Position numbers and translations under genes: made by a program. Shown here in pieces: positions 18,760 through 27,873 of a stretch of 64,000 bases of DNA. The DNA lies in the IMG/VR virus record IMGVR_UViG_3300005537_000001, positions 248,001 through 312,000 of that record, one strand, 5' to 3'. The notes beneath the pieces were generated by a model. That model ran no database searches. It saw only the letters and a program-made list of their open reading frames with translations, and had not been told where the DNA came from. The stretch's first letter is position 1, and the number at the start of each line of letters is the position of its first letter.

Positions 18760-19431
18760 ATGGAACTTAAAATGCCAAAACACATCCTAGAGAAAGAAGA
18801 TGGGACGTCCAAGGACTTCAATGAAGTCTCCATCGAATCCTTGGGAGCTCACGTTTTATTCGGAGAGGTAGATAGGGATTCGATGAAGGCGGCTACAACC
18901 TTCTTGCTCAAGGCAAATCAAATTTTTAAACCGAGCCAAGAGCTTACGTTCTTCATCAATACTCTTGGTGGTGATTGCTATGACGGTTTTGCGCTAATCG
19001 ACGTTATGGAGATATCGCGCAACCCAATCAAAACGGTAGGCCTTGGCAACATCGTATCGATGGGGGTGTTGATACTTGCAGCTGGAAACAAGGGACGCCG
19101 AGTAATGACGCGCAACACCCAAGTCATGGCGCACCAGTTTAGCGATGACACTAGCGGTAAATTTCATGAAATCATGGCTGCGTTTAAGGCTGACATCTAC
19201 CTTAAGCGTCAATTTATTGAGCACTTTAAGCGACACACCACGATGAACGTAAAGCAGATTGAAGATATACTTTTTGGGCCAACTGACCGTTGGTTAACTC
19301 CTACCGAGTGCAAAAAGTTTGGAATAGTCGATCACATCGTAGATGAGCTACCACAGTTCAGTCTCGACCTTCCTTCTCAGCTTGTTCAGCAGCCTCTCGC
19401 TTCTTTATCAAAGCGTCGATCTCGGAAATAA
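18760..19431 (+). CDS. clpP: ClpP-family protease subunit
   Basis: GNIVSMG (Ser), VMAHQ (His), TDRWL (Asp); SD GGAG; TCTAAATA late-like motif at 18710-18717. Confidence 0.9.
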   Translation: MELKMPKHILEKEDGTSKDFNEVSIESLGAHVLFGEVDRDSMKAATTFLLKANQIFKPSQELTFFINTLGGDCYDGFALIDVMEISRNPIKTVGLGNIVSMGVLILAAGNKGRRVMTRNTQVMAHQFSDDTSGKFHEIMAAFKADIYLKRQFIEHFKRHTTMNVKQIEDILFGPTDRWLTPTECKKFGIVDHIVDELPQFSLDLPSQLVQQPLASLSKRRSRK

Positions 19432-19582
19432 ACCGAAGGTATTGTGACGCGAAAGAAGCATTTATCCTACGCATGTTGTAGTAGGTATCTCCCATCTGCC
19501 CTTTTACATCGTAAAGCTGAACGATTGATAGCTTGTCCCATTCAGACTTAGGTGGAATCTTATTATTGAATTCTTCTGCCAT
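19358..19582 (-). CDS. hypothetical protein (74 aa)
   Basis: SD AGGAG and CTTAAATA late-like motif on the - strand (19607-19614). Confidence 0.6.
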   Translation of the reverse strand: MAEEFNNKIPPKSEWDKLSIVQLYDVKGQMGDTYYNMRRINASFASQYLRFISEIDALIKKREAAEQAEKEGRD

Positions 19583-19646
19583 GTTGCGTTCTCCTGTAGG
19601 ATGATATATTTAAGTCTTCCCATCCATCACTTCCTGGGGCTCCCGC

Positions 19647-19654
19647 TATAAATA
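19647..19654 (+). promoter_or_regulatory. late promoter TATAAATA
   Basis: Exact consensus in a divergent intergenic region. Confidence 0.7.
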
Positions 19655-19693
19655 TCAAGTGATCAGCAATGATCACCTCATATAGGGATCAAC

Positions 19694-20095
19694 ATGAAGC
19701 TAACAGAAATTAAGCCGGTCGTATCAGAAGACTACAACCTTGCTGAGGGAGTTATTCCGGTACATCTGACAATGACGCTGGAACAAGTAGTTCGTGACGG
19801 TAAAATTACGAATAACGTAGCTTATTTCGTTATCGGCGCTCTCGTAGAAATGTTTAAGAACGGCGGTATGAACACGCGTTGGCCTCGTGATCTCAACGCC
19901 TACTCAATGACGACAAACTCCGAAATAATTGATTCCGTTAGGGGTCTATCCGCGATGGAACATGTTGGCATGGCATCATGGTTGCTAAGTGAGCTGCAGC
20001 GTCCGGTTAACTTTGAAACAAATCCATACTGCGTACGAACTAGCCCACAAGATCCAACCGAATGGATGCGCTGGGTTCTAGCCAGACAGGTATAA
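19694..20095 (+). CDS. late hypothetical protein, possible head protein
   Basis: Late promoter; N-terminal MKLTE...VVSE...NLAE motifs. Confidence 0.7.
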   Translation: MKLTEIKPVVSEDYNLAEGVIPVHLTMTLEQVVRDGKITNNVAYFVIGALVEMFKNGGMNTRWPRDLNAYSMTTNSEIIDSVRGLSAMEHVGMASWLLSELQRPVNFETNPYCVRTSPQDPTEWMRWVLARQV

Positions 20096-20196
20096 TATCA
20101 AAATCCAACAACATCAAACAGGAGGAGCGTAAAAACTCTAACGGCTGAATTTGGTCCGATGACTGCCCCATCAACTAACTCACAAGGGGTCTTTCA

Positions 20197-20940
20197 ATGT
20201 CAAAGCGCAAGCAGCGTTATCCACAAGATGTACCATCAGAAAGTGGTGGTCAAGCGGTGAAAATAAAGCATCAGATAAAGGCGAAGAATCTTACTCAAGA
20301 TCAGTATCTTGAATCGCTTCGCGAACAATCACTCACTATCTGTGGTGGTCCAGCTGGCTCCGGCAAAACATTCCTAGTGACAGCCGTCGCTATGGATAAG
20401 CTAATCAACAACGCGGTGTCGCGCGTAATCATAACTCGTCCAGTCGTTGAAGCTGGTGAAAACCTCGGCTTCCTACCAGGAACTCTTGAACAGAAGCTGG
20501 ATCCATATCTTCTACCGCTGATGGATGCTATCGAAGATCACATTGGCCCAACGATGACAAAGAAGCTTGTTGAGAGCAAAAAGATTGAGATAGCGCCGCT
20601 GGCGTTTATGAGAGGGCGGACGTTCAATAACTGCTTTGTCATTTTGGATGAAGCTCAAAACTCCACGGTAAAACAGATGAAGATGTTTCTAACCCGCATG
20701 GGGTACGATAGCATTTTCGCGATAAACGGGGATACTACCCAGAGCGATCTGGAGCGTCCTCGCGGAGTTGGAGATGATTGGGAAAATGGTCTCCAATATG
20801 TCATCAGAAAATTGAAAGGGAGGGATGAAAATATCAGTTACATTGAATTCCAGAATAGGGATGTTGTTCGATCCCACATGGTCCAGAGAATTCTAACGTT
20901 GCTAGATTCTCCTGACCAAGAGACAAACACGCGGATCTAA
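20197..20940 (+). CDS. phoH: PhoH-family ATPase
   Basis: GPAGSGKT, TRPVVEAGENLGFLPG, MRGRTF, DEAQN and GDTTQSD motifs. Confidence 0.96.
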   Translation: MSKRKQRYPQDVPSESGGQAVKIKHQIKAKNLTQDQYLESLREQSLTICGGPAGSGKTFLVTAVAMDKLINNAVSRVIITRPVVEAGENLGFLPGTLEQKLDPYLLPLMDAIEDHIGPTMTKKLVESKKIEIAPLAFMRGRTFNNCFVILDEAQNSTVKQMKMFLTRMGYDSIFAINGDTTQSDLERPRGVGDDWENGLQYVIRKLKGRDENISYIEFQNRDVVRSHMVQRILTLLDSPDQETNTRI

Positions 20941-21004
20941 TTTCATAGGCTGGACCTAAGGGTACCAGCACTACATTGAGGATGCACGCACTTCACTAAT
21001 CGAC

Positions 21005-21038
21005 CTGGGGTACGTTAGGTGACGTACCCCAGCTTGTT
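21005..21038 (+). terminator. probable intrinsic terminator
   Basis: CTGGGGTACGTT-AGGT-GACGTACCCCAG with a weak U tract. Confidence 0.55.
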
Positions 21039-21049
21039 ATCCGGCGCCT

Positions 21050-21057
21050 TATAAATA
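21050..21057 (+). promoter_or_regulatory. late promoter TATAAATA
   Basis: Exact consensus upstream of a fibre gene. Confidence 0.7.
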
Positions 21058-21131
21058 TCTGATCGGCTTCATGGTCAAATACCGGACATCCATGAATTTC
21101 CACCTTGTGAACCGGCGCAGGAGAAAGCAAA

Positions 21132-23459
21132 ATGACATACGTAATTAACTGGTCTAGCCAGTCCCCATTCAACAATGACACTGGTGAATTTGCCGCGGCG
21201 AACATCGGCAAAACAACGATCAACATCACCAATAATACGTCTAACGGATCAACCACGCTAGTATTAACTGGGCAGGGTTTTTCTGGATACGGTGCCATCC
21301 AGCAGGAAAACTTCATTCGCCTGATGGAAAATTTTGCTTCCGAATCCGCACCAGCTAATCCCACGGTTGGTCAGCTGTGGTATCAAACTACAACCCAAAC
21401 TACGATGGTCTACAACATTGTAACCCCAGCTAACAACACGGTTACCGGTAGCGTAAATTCCGGTTCATTTAGCTCTGGTGAAAACATAACTCAAGCCGTT
21501 ACGGGAGCAACCGCAACGCTCATCGGTACGGTACCATCGGTTGGTCCTATGACCCTAGTAGGAAATTCGATAGTTGGCACCCCAGACGCAACGCATCAGT
21601 GGAGTGGAAATTCAAGCCTTGCGACATTTAGTCCAACAGCTGCTCCAGTATTTCACGCGGCAACATTTGGTTGGTCGGCAATTGTATCTCCGACGTCGAT
21701 CTCTGGTGCTCTAGGGTATGTACCATACAACCCAGGTACAAACATCGCTGGATATCTAACATCGGCTACCGGCATTTCCGGTCTAACCGGTACCGCAAAT
21801 CAAGTTTTGGTAAATGGCACGAGTGGAACACCACAGCATGGAGCTGTTACCCTAACGCTGTCGTCAACGCCGACATTCACTGAAGTAACTATCACCAACC
21901 CACCAGTTCTTGGTACCGACGCAACCAACAAGCTTTACGTAGACACCAACTCGCAGGGACTTAACGTTCATCCAGCTTCAAACTATCTTGACGATGGAAC
22001 TGGACCAAGCCAAATCCCTGGCGCAACGTACACTAACGGATCTCTAGATGCAAATGGTGGACATGGTATCGGAGCTACTCTTTCTGGAACAGGCTCACTA
22101 ACCGTCGACGGCAACGTTGTCGCGCTAGCGCAGCGCGTTGTAGTTAACATAGCCGGTGGTAGCATCAGAAATGGTATATACACGCTAACAACCGCATCAC
22201 CATGGGTACTTACGCGCTCTACGGACATGGATGATCACATTGAAAATCAATTTGTGCCAGGCGATTTTACGTTTGTCACCAGTGGAACAAAATATGCTAA
22301 CAGCGGTTGGTCTCAAAGCGCTCTAGGTTCTGGAGCTCCTAACGTTCCAGCTGGATTCCCAAACAACGCCAATCACTCGATAATAATTGGCACCGATGCT
22401 GCTGCTTTTACCCAATTTTCTGGTCAAGGCGCATTCACGGCAGGCGCCGGATTGAATTTAATCGGTAGTCAATTCAACAACACCGGCGTAATTACGCTGT
22501 CTCCAGGCGCCGGAATAATGATTGGTGGAACATCAACTGCACCAATTGTTACCGCAACAGCATCCATCACCGGAACGTCAAATCAAGTTTTCGCGAACGG
22601 TACTTCTGGTTCAGCACAGGTTGGAGCTGTAACGTTAACTCTCCCTCAAAACATCGGTACATCTTCTACTCCATCGTTTGCTGGATTAAATTTTTCGGGT
22701 GGAACTGGTGCCGCGATATCGCCAAATCCACTAACGTTCGGGTCGATCACTCTAAGCGGATCGAAAGGTTCATCACCACCATTTGCCGGTATCCAGTTTA
22801 GCGATACGATTGGAAATAGAACGTTCATGGTTTCCACACCAGCAACTAACTCAACTTCTGGTCTATTTAACATCGGTACCGGAACTTGGGATTGGTTGTT
22901 TTTCAACGGCACGCTAACCGTCGGTAACATACCAGCTGCAAACATTTTAGCTGGTACAGCATCGATCAGCATAACCGGTTCATCTGGTTCATGCACCGGA
23001 AATGCCGCAACCGCAACCACGGCGGCAAACTGCACCGGCAACTCTGCCACCGCAACCACGGCGGCAAATGGTGGCGTCACAAGCGTCAACTCGCGAACTG
23101 GTGCGGTAACAATATCGTCATCGGATGTAACGAGCGCGCTTGGATTCACCCCAGCTTCAGCTGGAGCGGTTCCATCATTTACGGCAAGCGTTAATGGACA
23201 AGCAAATTTCCCAAGTGGATTCCAGATGAGATGGGGAGTTGTGTCGCACACGGTAGGCAGCACCCAAACTCACTCATTCTCAGCACCATTCAGCAACGCG
23301 TGCTTTGTAGTTATTCCAACGGTTAGAAACAACGTTGGTTCTGGTGTTTCAGCTGGCGTTGAGTTTTTCAACATCGTTGACGGCTCGGTAAACCAGTTTG
23401 GTTGGACTCAATTTTCAAACAACACCTGCCAGATTGAGTACGTCGCGTACGGTAATTAA
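21132..23459 (+). CDS. tail fibre/baseplate-associated fibre with gp53-like C-terminal domain
   Basis: ENFIRLMENFA...P.NPTVGQLWY N-terminal motif; DAT.K.YVD domain; C-terminal FPSGFQMRWG...FSAPFSNAC. Confidence 0.8.
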   Translation: MTYVINWSSQSPFNNDTGEFAAANIGKTTINITNNTSNGSTTLVLTGQGFSGYGAIQQENFIRLMENFASESAPANPTVGQLWYQTTTQTTMVYNIVTPANNTVTGSVNSGSFSSGENITQAVTGATATLIGTVPSVGPMTLVGNSIVGTPDATHQWSGNSSLATFSPTAAPVFHAATFGWSAIVSPTSISGALGYVPYNPGTNIAGYLTSATGISGLTGTANQVLVNGTSGTPQHGAVTLTLSSTPTFTEVTITNPPVLGTDATNKLYVDTNSQGLNVHPASNYLDDGTGPSQIPGATYTNGSLDANGGHGIGATLSGTGSLTVDGNVVALAQRVVVNIAGGSIRNGIYTLTTASPWVLTRSTDMDDHIENQFVPGDFTFVTSGTKYANSGWSQSALGSGAPNVPAGFPNNANHSIIIGTDAAAFTQFSGQGAFTAGAGLNLIGSQFNNTGVITLSPGAGIMIGGTSTAPIVTATASITGTSNQVFANGTSGSAQVGAVTLTLPQNIGTSSTPSFAGLNFSGGTGAAISPNPLTFGSITLSGSKGSSPPFAGIQFSDTIGNRTFMVSTPATNSTSGLFNIGTGTWDWLFFNGTLTVGNIPAANILAGTASISITGSSGSCTGNAATATTAANCTGNSATATTAANGGVTSVNSRTGAVTISSSDVTSALGFTPASAGAVPSFTASVNGQANFPSGFQMRWGVVSHTVGSTQTHSFSAPFSNACFVVIPTVRNNVGSGVSAGVEFFNIVDGSVNQFGWTQFSNNTCQIEYVAYGN

Positions 23460-23495
23460 ACAATATTGATGTCAGTTTTAGGATGGGTTGTGGGC

Positions 23496-23503
23496 GATAA
23501 ATA
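23496..23503 (+). promoter_or_regulatory. late promoter GATAAATA inside a hairpin loop
   Basis: Enclosed by a 15-bp inverted repeat (23479-23493 / 23510-23524). Confidence 0.6.
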
Positions 23504-23535
23504 TGTCAGCTACAACCCATCTTAGGATTTCAATA

Positions 23536-24162
23536 ATGAATACACCAATTAGCCACCGCGTTTCAGATTTAGCAAATGGATCTGGCATTCTTATGCCAGC
23601 TCTCAAGTATCGATTCTACGTTCGATTCCTCGACGCGGATAAGCAACCACTATCATACGGTGATGACCTAACTCGACAGGTTGTTAGCATCTCGCCGTAT
23701 AACCAAACCGCAGATGTTGGTGAAGCCGAGAGCGACGCTCTCTTCATCAAGATGGAAGAAGATGTATCGATGAAGGCCGCGAAGGCGATGCAGCTGCTGC
23801 TCGCTGAAGATGATTTTACCCTGCGGATGGAAACGGTTGATGGAAATGATCGGGTTGTAAAAACCGTCGATATTGAGATGGCCTGGCTCCAAAAAATTAT
23901 TCACAGCGACGTAGATTATGGAGCTACTTCAGGCGGTCGAAATCACAAGCTTCTCAGTCTGAAGATACCGGAACCAATGGGTTCAACGATTAACGCGATG
24001 CGTGAGAAGAGTCCTGAAGCAGAGATGATCTTCCAGCTTATAGCTGGATCAGAATTCAGCCTGCACGCTGAAGATTTCAATTATCTCGGATCTACAGTGT
24101 CACCTATCTTGGTAATAGGTTATAATGCAGGTAGCGTAAAGGTAAACTTCGAGCAAGCATGA
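23536..24162 (+). CDS. divergent tail-tube-like (gp19-like) protein
   Basis: PALKYRFYVRF...LTRQV...ETVDG...DVDY resembles jumbo myovirus tube proteins; track start is 23488. Confidence 0.5.
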   Translation: MNTPISHRVSDLANGSGILMPALKYRFYVRFLDADKQPLSYGDDLTRQVVSISPYNQTADVGEAESDALFIKMEEDVSMKAAKAMQLLLAEDDFTLRMETVDGNDRVVKTVDIEMAWLQKIIHSDVDYGATSGGRNHKLLSLKIPEPMGSTINAMREKSPEAEMIFQLIAGSEFSLHAEDFNYLGSTVSPILVIGYNAGSVKVNFEQA

Positions 24163-24560
24163 AGATCATAACCGGCTATCCACCGCTCATCGACAAGATC
24201 GATGCAGCGTTTAGCTGCAAGGATCAGCCGGTAATCTACGCGTGGGGAGATACGATCTATCAACCGTTCGATTGGATGATTCCAGATTTCCTGGTCGCGC
24301 ACGAGGAAATGCATGGCCAACGGCAGGGAGATGACATCGAAGGTTGGTGGAATCGATACATCGAAGATATCGAATTTCGCTATCAGGAAGAACTTCATTC
24401 TCACGCAAAAGAATTTCAGGTTAGATCCCGCGGAGTCAAGGATCGCAACAAGATATCCCAGCTTCTGATGTGGTCAGCTGCTCGTCTGAATGCTCCTCTC
24501 TACGGCAAGATGACTAACCTGAATAAGGCGATGAAGGATATAAAATCCCTTACACGCTGA
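24159..24560 (+). CDS. HExxH putative metallopeptidase
   Basis: AHEEMH motif with a downstream Glu. Confidence 0.6.
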   Translation: MKIITGYPPLIDKIDAAFSCKDQPVIYAWGDTIYQPFDWMIPDFLVAHEEMHGQRQGDDIEGWWNRYIEDIEFRYQEELHSHAKEFQVRSRGVKDRNKISQLLMWSAARLNAPLYGKMTNLNKAMKDIKSLTR

Positions 24561-24584
24561 TTGAGTGCGTGTTACAATGTGCCT

Positions 24585-24920
24585 ATGAGCACTCATCGTC
24601 AACTTTGGGAAATTCTTGTCCCTACAATCCGTCGGATCGGCGGAAAACCGTATACCACGCGCTATCACCGGGTGTGGGATAAAAAAATTCGCGATATCAG
24701 CCGCGGACTTACCATCTTAGCTCCGTCAAAAGGTCAGTGGATTTCTCCAACCGGAGAATTACTTATCGAGCGAATGATTCCTGTTAGATTTTTAGCGACG
24801 CGCGCTGAAGCTGAAAAGGTTGTTGACATCACGCTCGAGTATTACGATCAACTTGCGGTACTGTGCTACCAGATTTCTTCCGAAGTAATTCTCAAGCATC
24901 GAGCTGAAAATGACCTATAG
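24585..24920 (+). CDS. hypothetical protein (possibly leaderless)
   Basis: ATG 6 nt after TACAAT (24573-24578); track start is 24561. Confidence 0.6.
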   Translation: MSTHRQLWEILVPTIRRIGGKPYTTRYHRVWDKKIRDISRGLTILAPSKGQWISPTGELLIERMIPVRFLATRAEAEKVVDITLEYYDQLAVLCYQISSEVILKHRAENDL

Positions 24921-25245
24921 GCTCTTCATCGACGATGAGCGTGATCCGCCAAATGATGGGCGGGAATGGATTATAGCTCGTTCTTCCAAAGAAGCTATCA
25001 TGACATTCTACAACCTCGGGTCTCCCGATTACGTTAGCTTCGATCATGATCTTGGCGGAGATGACACTTCGATAAAATTTGTTGATTGGATGATCGATCA
25101 TACCCTTGATCTTCTCGAGCGTGACATCGACCCGGGTCATCTGTCATTCCCGAAAGCGTATTACATTCACAGTCAAAATTCGGTTGGCGCCGGAAACATC
25201 GACGCTAAGATGAAGCGTTTCATACATCATTTGGACAACATATGA
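24910..25245 (+). CDS. cyclic-phosphate processing receiver (cREC) domain protein
   Basis: LFIDDERDPP...W.IARS..EA...SFDHDLG...IHSQN signature. Confidence 0.8.
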   Translation: MTYRLFIDDERDPPNDGREWIIARSSKEAIMTFYNLGSPDYVSFDHDLGGDDTSIKFVDWMIDHTLDLLERDIDPGHLSFPKAYYIHSQNSVGAGNIDAKMKRFIHHLDNI

Positions 25246-25550
25246 TTATTATCAGCTGCCTTGTTGCATATTATCTAATAGGCACCGCTACCGCCGCTTG
25301 GTTGTCCAAGACATATCCAAGCATAGATCATCAAGATCCAGCGTTAAAGCATGTTATGATACCGCTCTTTTGGCCACTTGTTGCGCTTATGTTTATCATG
25401 CGAATAATTTGTAAAATTCACATGATGATCTACACGGTAATGTCCCACGCGCTAAGCGTTTTCAACATGCGCATTACCAAAGATGGTAGCGATACCGTCA
25501 TTCGCTTTCACGTACCAAAGAAGGCAGAACTAAGTGCTAAAGATAACTGA
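25242..25550 (+). CDS. membrane hypothetical protein
   Basis: Two hydrophobic segments; ATGA overlap. Confidence 0.6.
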   Translation: MIIISCLVAYYLIGTATAAWLSKTYPSIDHQDPALKHVMIPLFWPLVALMFIMRIICKIHMMIYTVMSHALSVFNMRITKDGSDTVIRFHVPKKAELSAKDN

Positions 25551-26712
25551 CATCCAGGAGCTTCGCGAGAAGGTAGCTCACAAGGAAGAAATTCGCGAGT
25601 CAACGCTAAGCGCGGATCTCACCAGCTTCTGCTACATGATCTCGGCCGAGAACACCTTCGACAATCCGTGGGCGCGCGAGTGCCGCGGAATCGTGTTCGA
25701 CAGCGCTGGAAAGGTTTGTTCGCGTCCGCTTCACAAGTTCTTCAACGTGAATGAGCGCGAAGAAACGCGCGCCGAAAATTTGGATTGGGCAAACGTTGTT
25801 CGAGTCATGGATAAGCGAGATGGATCGATGATTCATCCCGTTAAAATGTCTGATGGCAGCATTAGATTGAAGTCGAAGAAATCATTTGATTCTGACGTAG
25901 CCAAGGCAGCCACAAGCTGGGTCATAAGGGAATTTGAAGCTGGTAGGAAGGGTGTGAATGACATTCTATCTAAGCTGGTGCTAGATATCGATTGCACCCC
26001 CATTTTTGAATGGACAGCTCCAGATGCTCGAATAGTTTTACCTTATGAGCAACCAGAGCTTCGCCTGCTCCACATCCGAGACAATGAGGATGGAAATTAC
26101 TGGAGTCTATCGGCGTTAGTGCGCATTGCTGAAGAGTACAACATAAAGATGGTAGATGAAGTTGACGAATTTTGGTGGAAGATGGGTGGTGAAGGTTTAC
26201 CAGCCACGCGCGAATTCAACATCGACAAGATGCTCGAAGCGGCAAAGACTCGTGAAGGCATCGAGGGTTGGGTAATCCAATTCAGTAATGGTGAAATGGT
26301 TAAGTTGAAAACCGACTGGTACATGAAGCGTCACAAGGCGATGACATTTCTACGCGAGCGCGATATAGCAGATTTGGTTTTGACGGAAGGGATAGACGAT
26401 CTGAAGGCTCTTCTCATTGGCGACGGTGTTAACATCCAGCAGATCCTCGACATCGAAGCTCGCGTAATTGAAGACATCCGAAACATTGAGCGCAACACGA
26501 AGGCAGTGTGTACCCAACATGATTTTATGCTTGATCGAAAGACGTTTGTGCAAAAATTTCGTGAGAAAGCTGGTCCATACTTTGGTCTGTTGATGAATTT
26601 GTATTCTGGAAAGACAGCAGATTACAGATACTTCTTCGAGAAAAACATGCTCAAACAAAATTACGGGTTGGGACAGCTTACCTTGATACCATCCGTTGCG
26701 GAGGGAGAATGA
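25534..26712 (+). CDS. T4 Rnl1-like RNA ligase
   Basis: ECRGIVF...RPLHKFFN, KRDGSMI (motif I), FEW, EGWVI, VKLKTDWY. Confidence 0.9.
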   Translation: MLKITDIQELREKVAHKEEIRESTLSADLTSFCYMISAENTFDNPWARECRGIVFDSAGKVCSRPLHKFFNVNEREETRAENLDWANVVRVMDKRDGSMIHPVKMSDGSIRLKSKKSFDSDVAKAATSWVIREFEAGRKGVNDILSKLVLDIDCTPIFEWTAPDARIVLPYEQPELRLLHIRDNEDGNYWSLSALVRIAEEYNIKMVDEVDEFWWKMGGEGLPATREFNIDKMLEAAKTREGIEGWVIQFSNGEMVKLKTDWYMKRHKAMTFLRERDIADLVLTEGIDDLKALLIGDGVNIQQILDIEARVIEDIRNIERNTKAVCTQHDFMLDRKTFVQKFREKAGPYFGLLMNLYSGKTADYRYFFEKNMLKQNYGLGQLTLIPSVAEGE

Positions 26713-26849
26713 AACTTAAGTTGATCGAAGCTTTGCTTGTAGCGCTGCTTGTCTTGGCAATAGCTGGATTTATTGCCCACGTCGTGTGGCTCTTTACCAT
26801 CGTGGTGCTGCTTGCCATCGGCGTTTACGCGCTGAGGATGCTATTTTGA
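26709..26849 (+). CDS. 46-aa hydrophobic membrane peptide
   Basis: SD GGGAG; ATGA overlap; translated by hand. Confidence 0.55.
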   Translation: MKLKLIEALLVALLVLAIAGFIAHVVWLFTIVVLLAIGVYALRMLF

Positions 26850-26858
26850 AAGGCTATC

Positions 26859-27116
26859 ATGGAGCTAACTGAATTAGAAATTATCGCGTTGGAAGTTCTA
26901 GCACAAGCTGGAGACTCAATGCTAGTTTCAAAAATTCCTGATCGTAAGATATCCGGAATGTTCGGTCCAGAACCAGGAATGGCGACATACAAGAAGCTTG
27001 AAAAGAAGGGGTTGCTGTTCTTTACTGAACAAGATTCGATGCCGGATGGATTTCAATTTACCGAAGAAGTATATTTAACCGATGCCGGTAAGGTAGAATT
27101 TGAGAAGCATAGATGA
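26859..27116 (+). CDS. hypothetical protein (85 aa)
   Basis: ORF track. Confidence 0.65.
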   Translation: MELTELEIIALEVLAQAGDSMLVSKIPDRKISGMFGPEPGMATYKKLEKKGLLFFTEQDSMPDGFQFTEEVYLTDAGKVEFEKHR

Positions 27117-27448
27117 GGAATGCGCGTAAGATACGAGCGGCCATTGCTAGGAAAAAGAAGGAACGTCAAGTAGCGCCCAAGAAGATTGAGCGCATATCGT
27201 TGAGCGAATTCGTGAAGCAGAGAAAAGAAAATACTAGGCGAAACACGTTTGTGCCGCTATATACCCACAGATCCAGCTTGGATGAGATTAGCAGACCAAA
27301 TACAGCTTCATGCGTAACTGGTAAAGCTGAACAGCAGAAATATACCGGTGACAAACTTCTCGGGATTGCGTTACTTCATAAATCGAATTACGTGCCAATC
27401 TTCAACCACGAAGAAGCTGTAAGCGTGGCAAAAATGAGGAGAAACTAA
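27113..27448 (+). CDS. conserved T4-like phage hypothetical protein
   Basis: YTGDKLLGIALLHKSNYVP...AKMRR pattern recalled from T4-like phages. Confidence 0.65.
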   Translation: MRNARKIRAAIARKKKERQVAPKKIERISLSEFVKQRKENTRRNTFVPLYTHRSSLDEISRPNTASCVTGKAEQQKYTGDKLLGIALLHKSNYVPIFNHEEAVSVAKMRRN

Positions 27449-27636
27449 TGCGGTGGCTTCTGAAATATCCAATTACAGCTGATGAGGTAAATCAGCAGCT
27501 TGCTGAAATTCAAATTCACGTTGGTCCCGATTCACCCTGTGGTGATATTGGGCCGATGATTCGTCAGGGCATCCAGGAATTCTTCCAAAGTGAAGACAAC
27601 ATGGCTAAGCTTCTAGAACATTTGAGGATCAAATGA
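27448..27636 (+). CDS. hypothetical protein (62 aa)
   Basis: ORF track; TAATG overlap. Confidence 0.55.
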   Translation: MRWLLKYPITADEVNQQLAEIQIHVGPDSPCGDIGPMIRQGIQEFFQSEDNMAKLLEHLRIK

Positions 27637-27872
27637 CTATGGTAAAAGTACACATTAACATGGATGAAGGTTGGAGTTGGTCAATTGGACAGCGCCTCGG
27701 CTGCACTGAAACTATTGAGATTGATGAAGAGCTTGTGCGCGAGTACAACATGCTCAGTCGACATTGGTATGATCTTCAAGGTCGCCTTGAGCAACTGTAT
27801 CGAGTACAAGAAGGATTGAAACCGTGGACTCAACCAGAAATTCCAGAACACGTGCGGTTGACGGGAGGATAA
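27633..27872 (+). CDS. hypothetical protein (79 aa)
   Basis: ORF track; ATGA overlap. Confidence 0.55.
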   Translation: MTMVKVHINMDEGWSWSIGQRLGCTETIEIDEELVREYNMLSRHWYDLQGRLEQLYRVQEGLKPWTQPEIPEHVRLTGG

Positions 27873-27873
27873 G

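Noticed and set aside
2222-23459. Diversity-generating retroelement acting on fibre tips
   Set aside because: No reverse transcriptase and no adenine-only TR/VR pair seen; repeats diverge at synonymous positions
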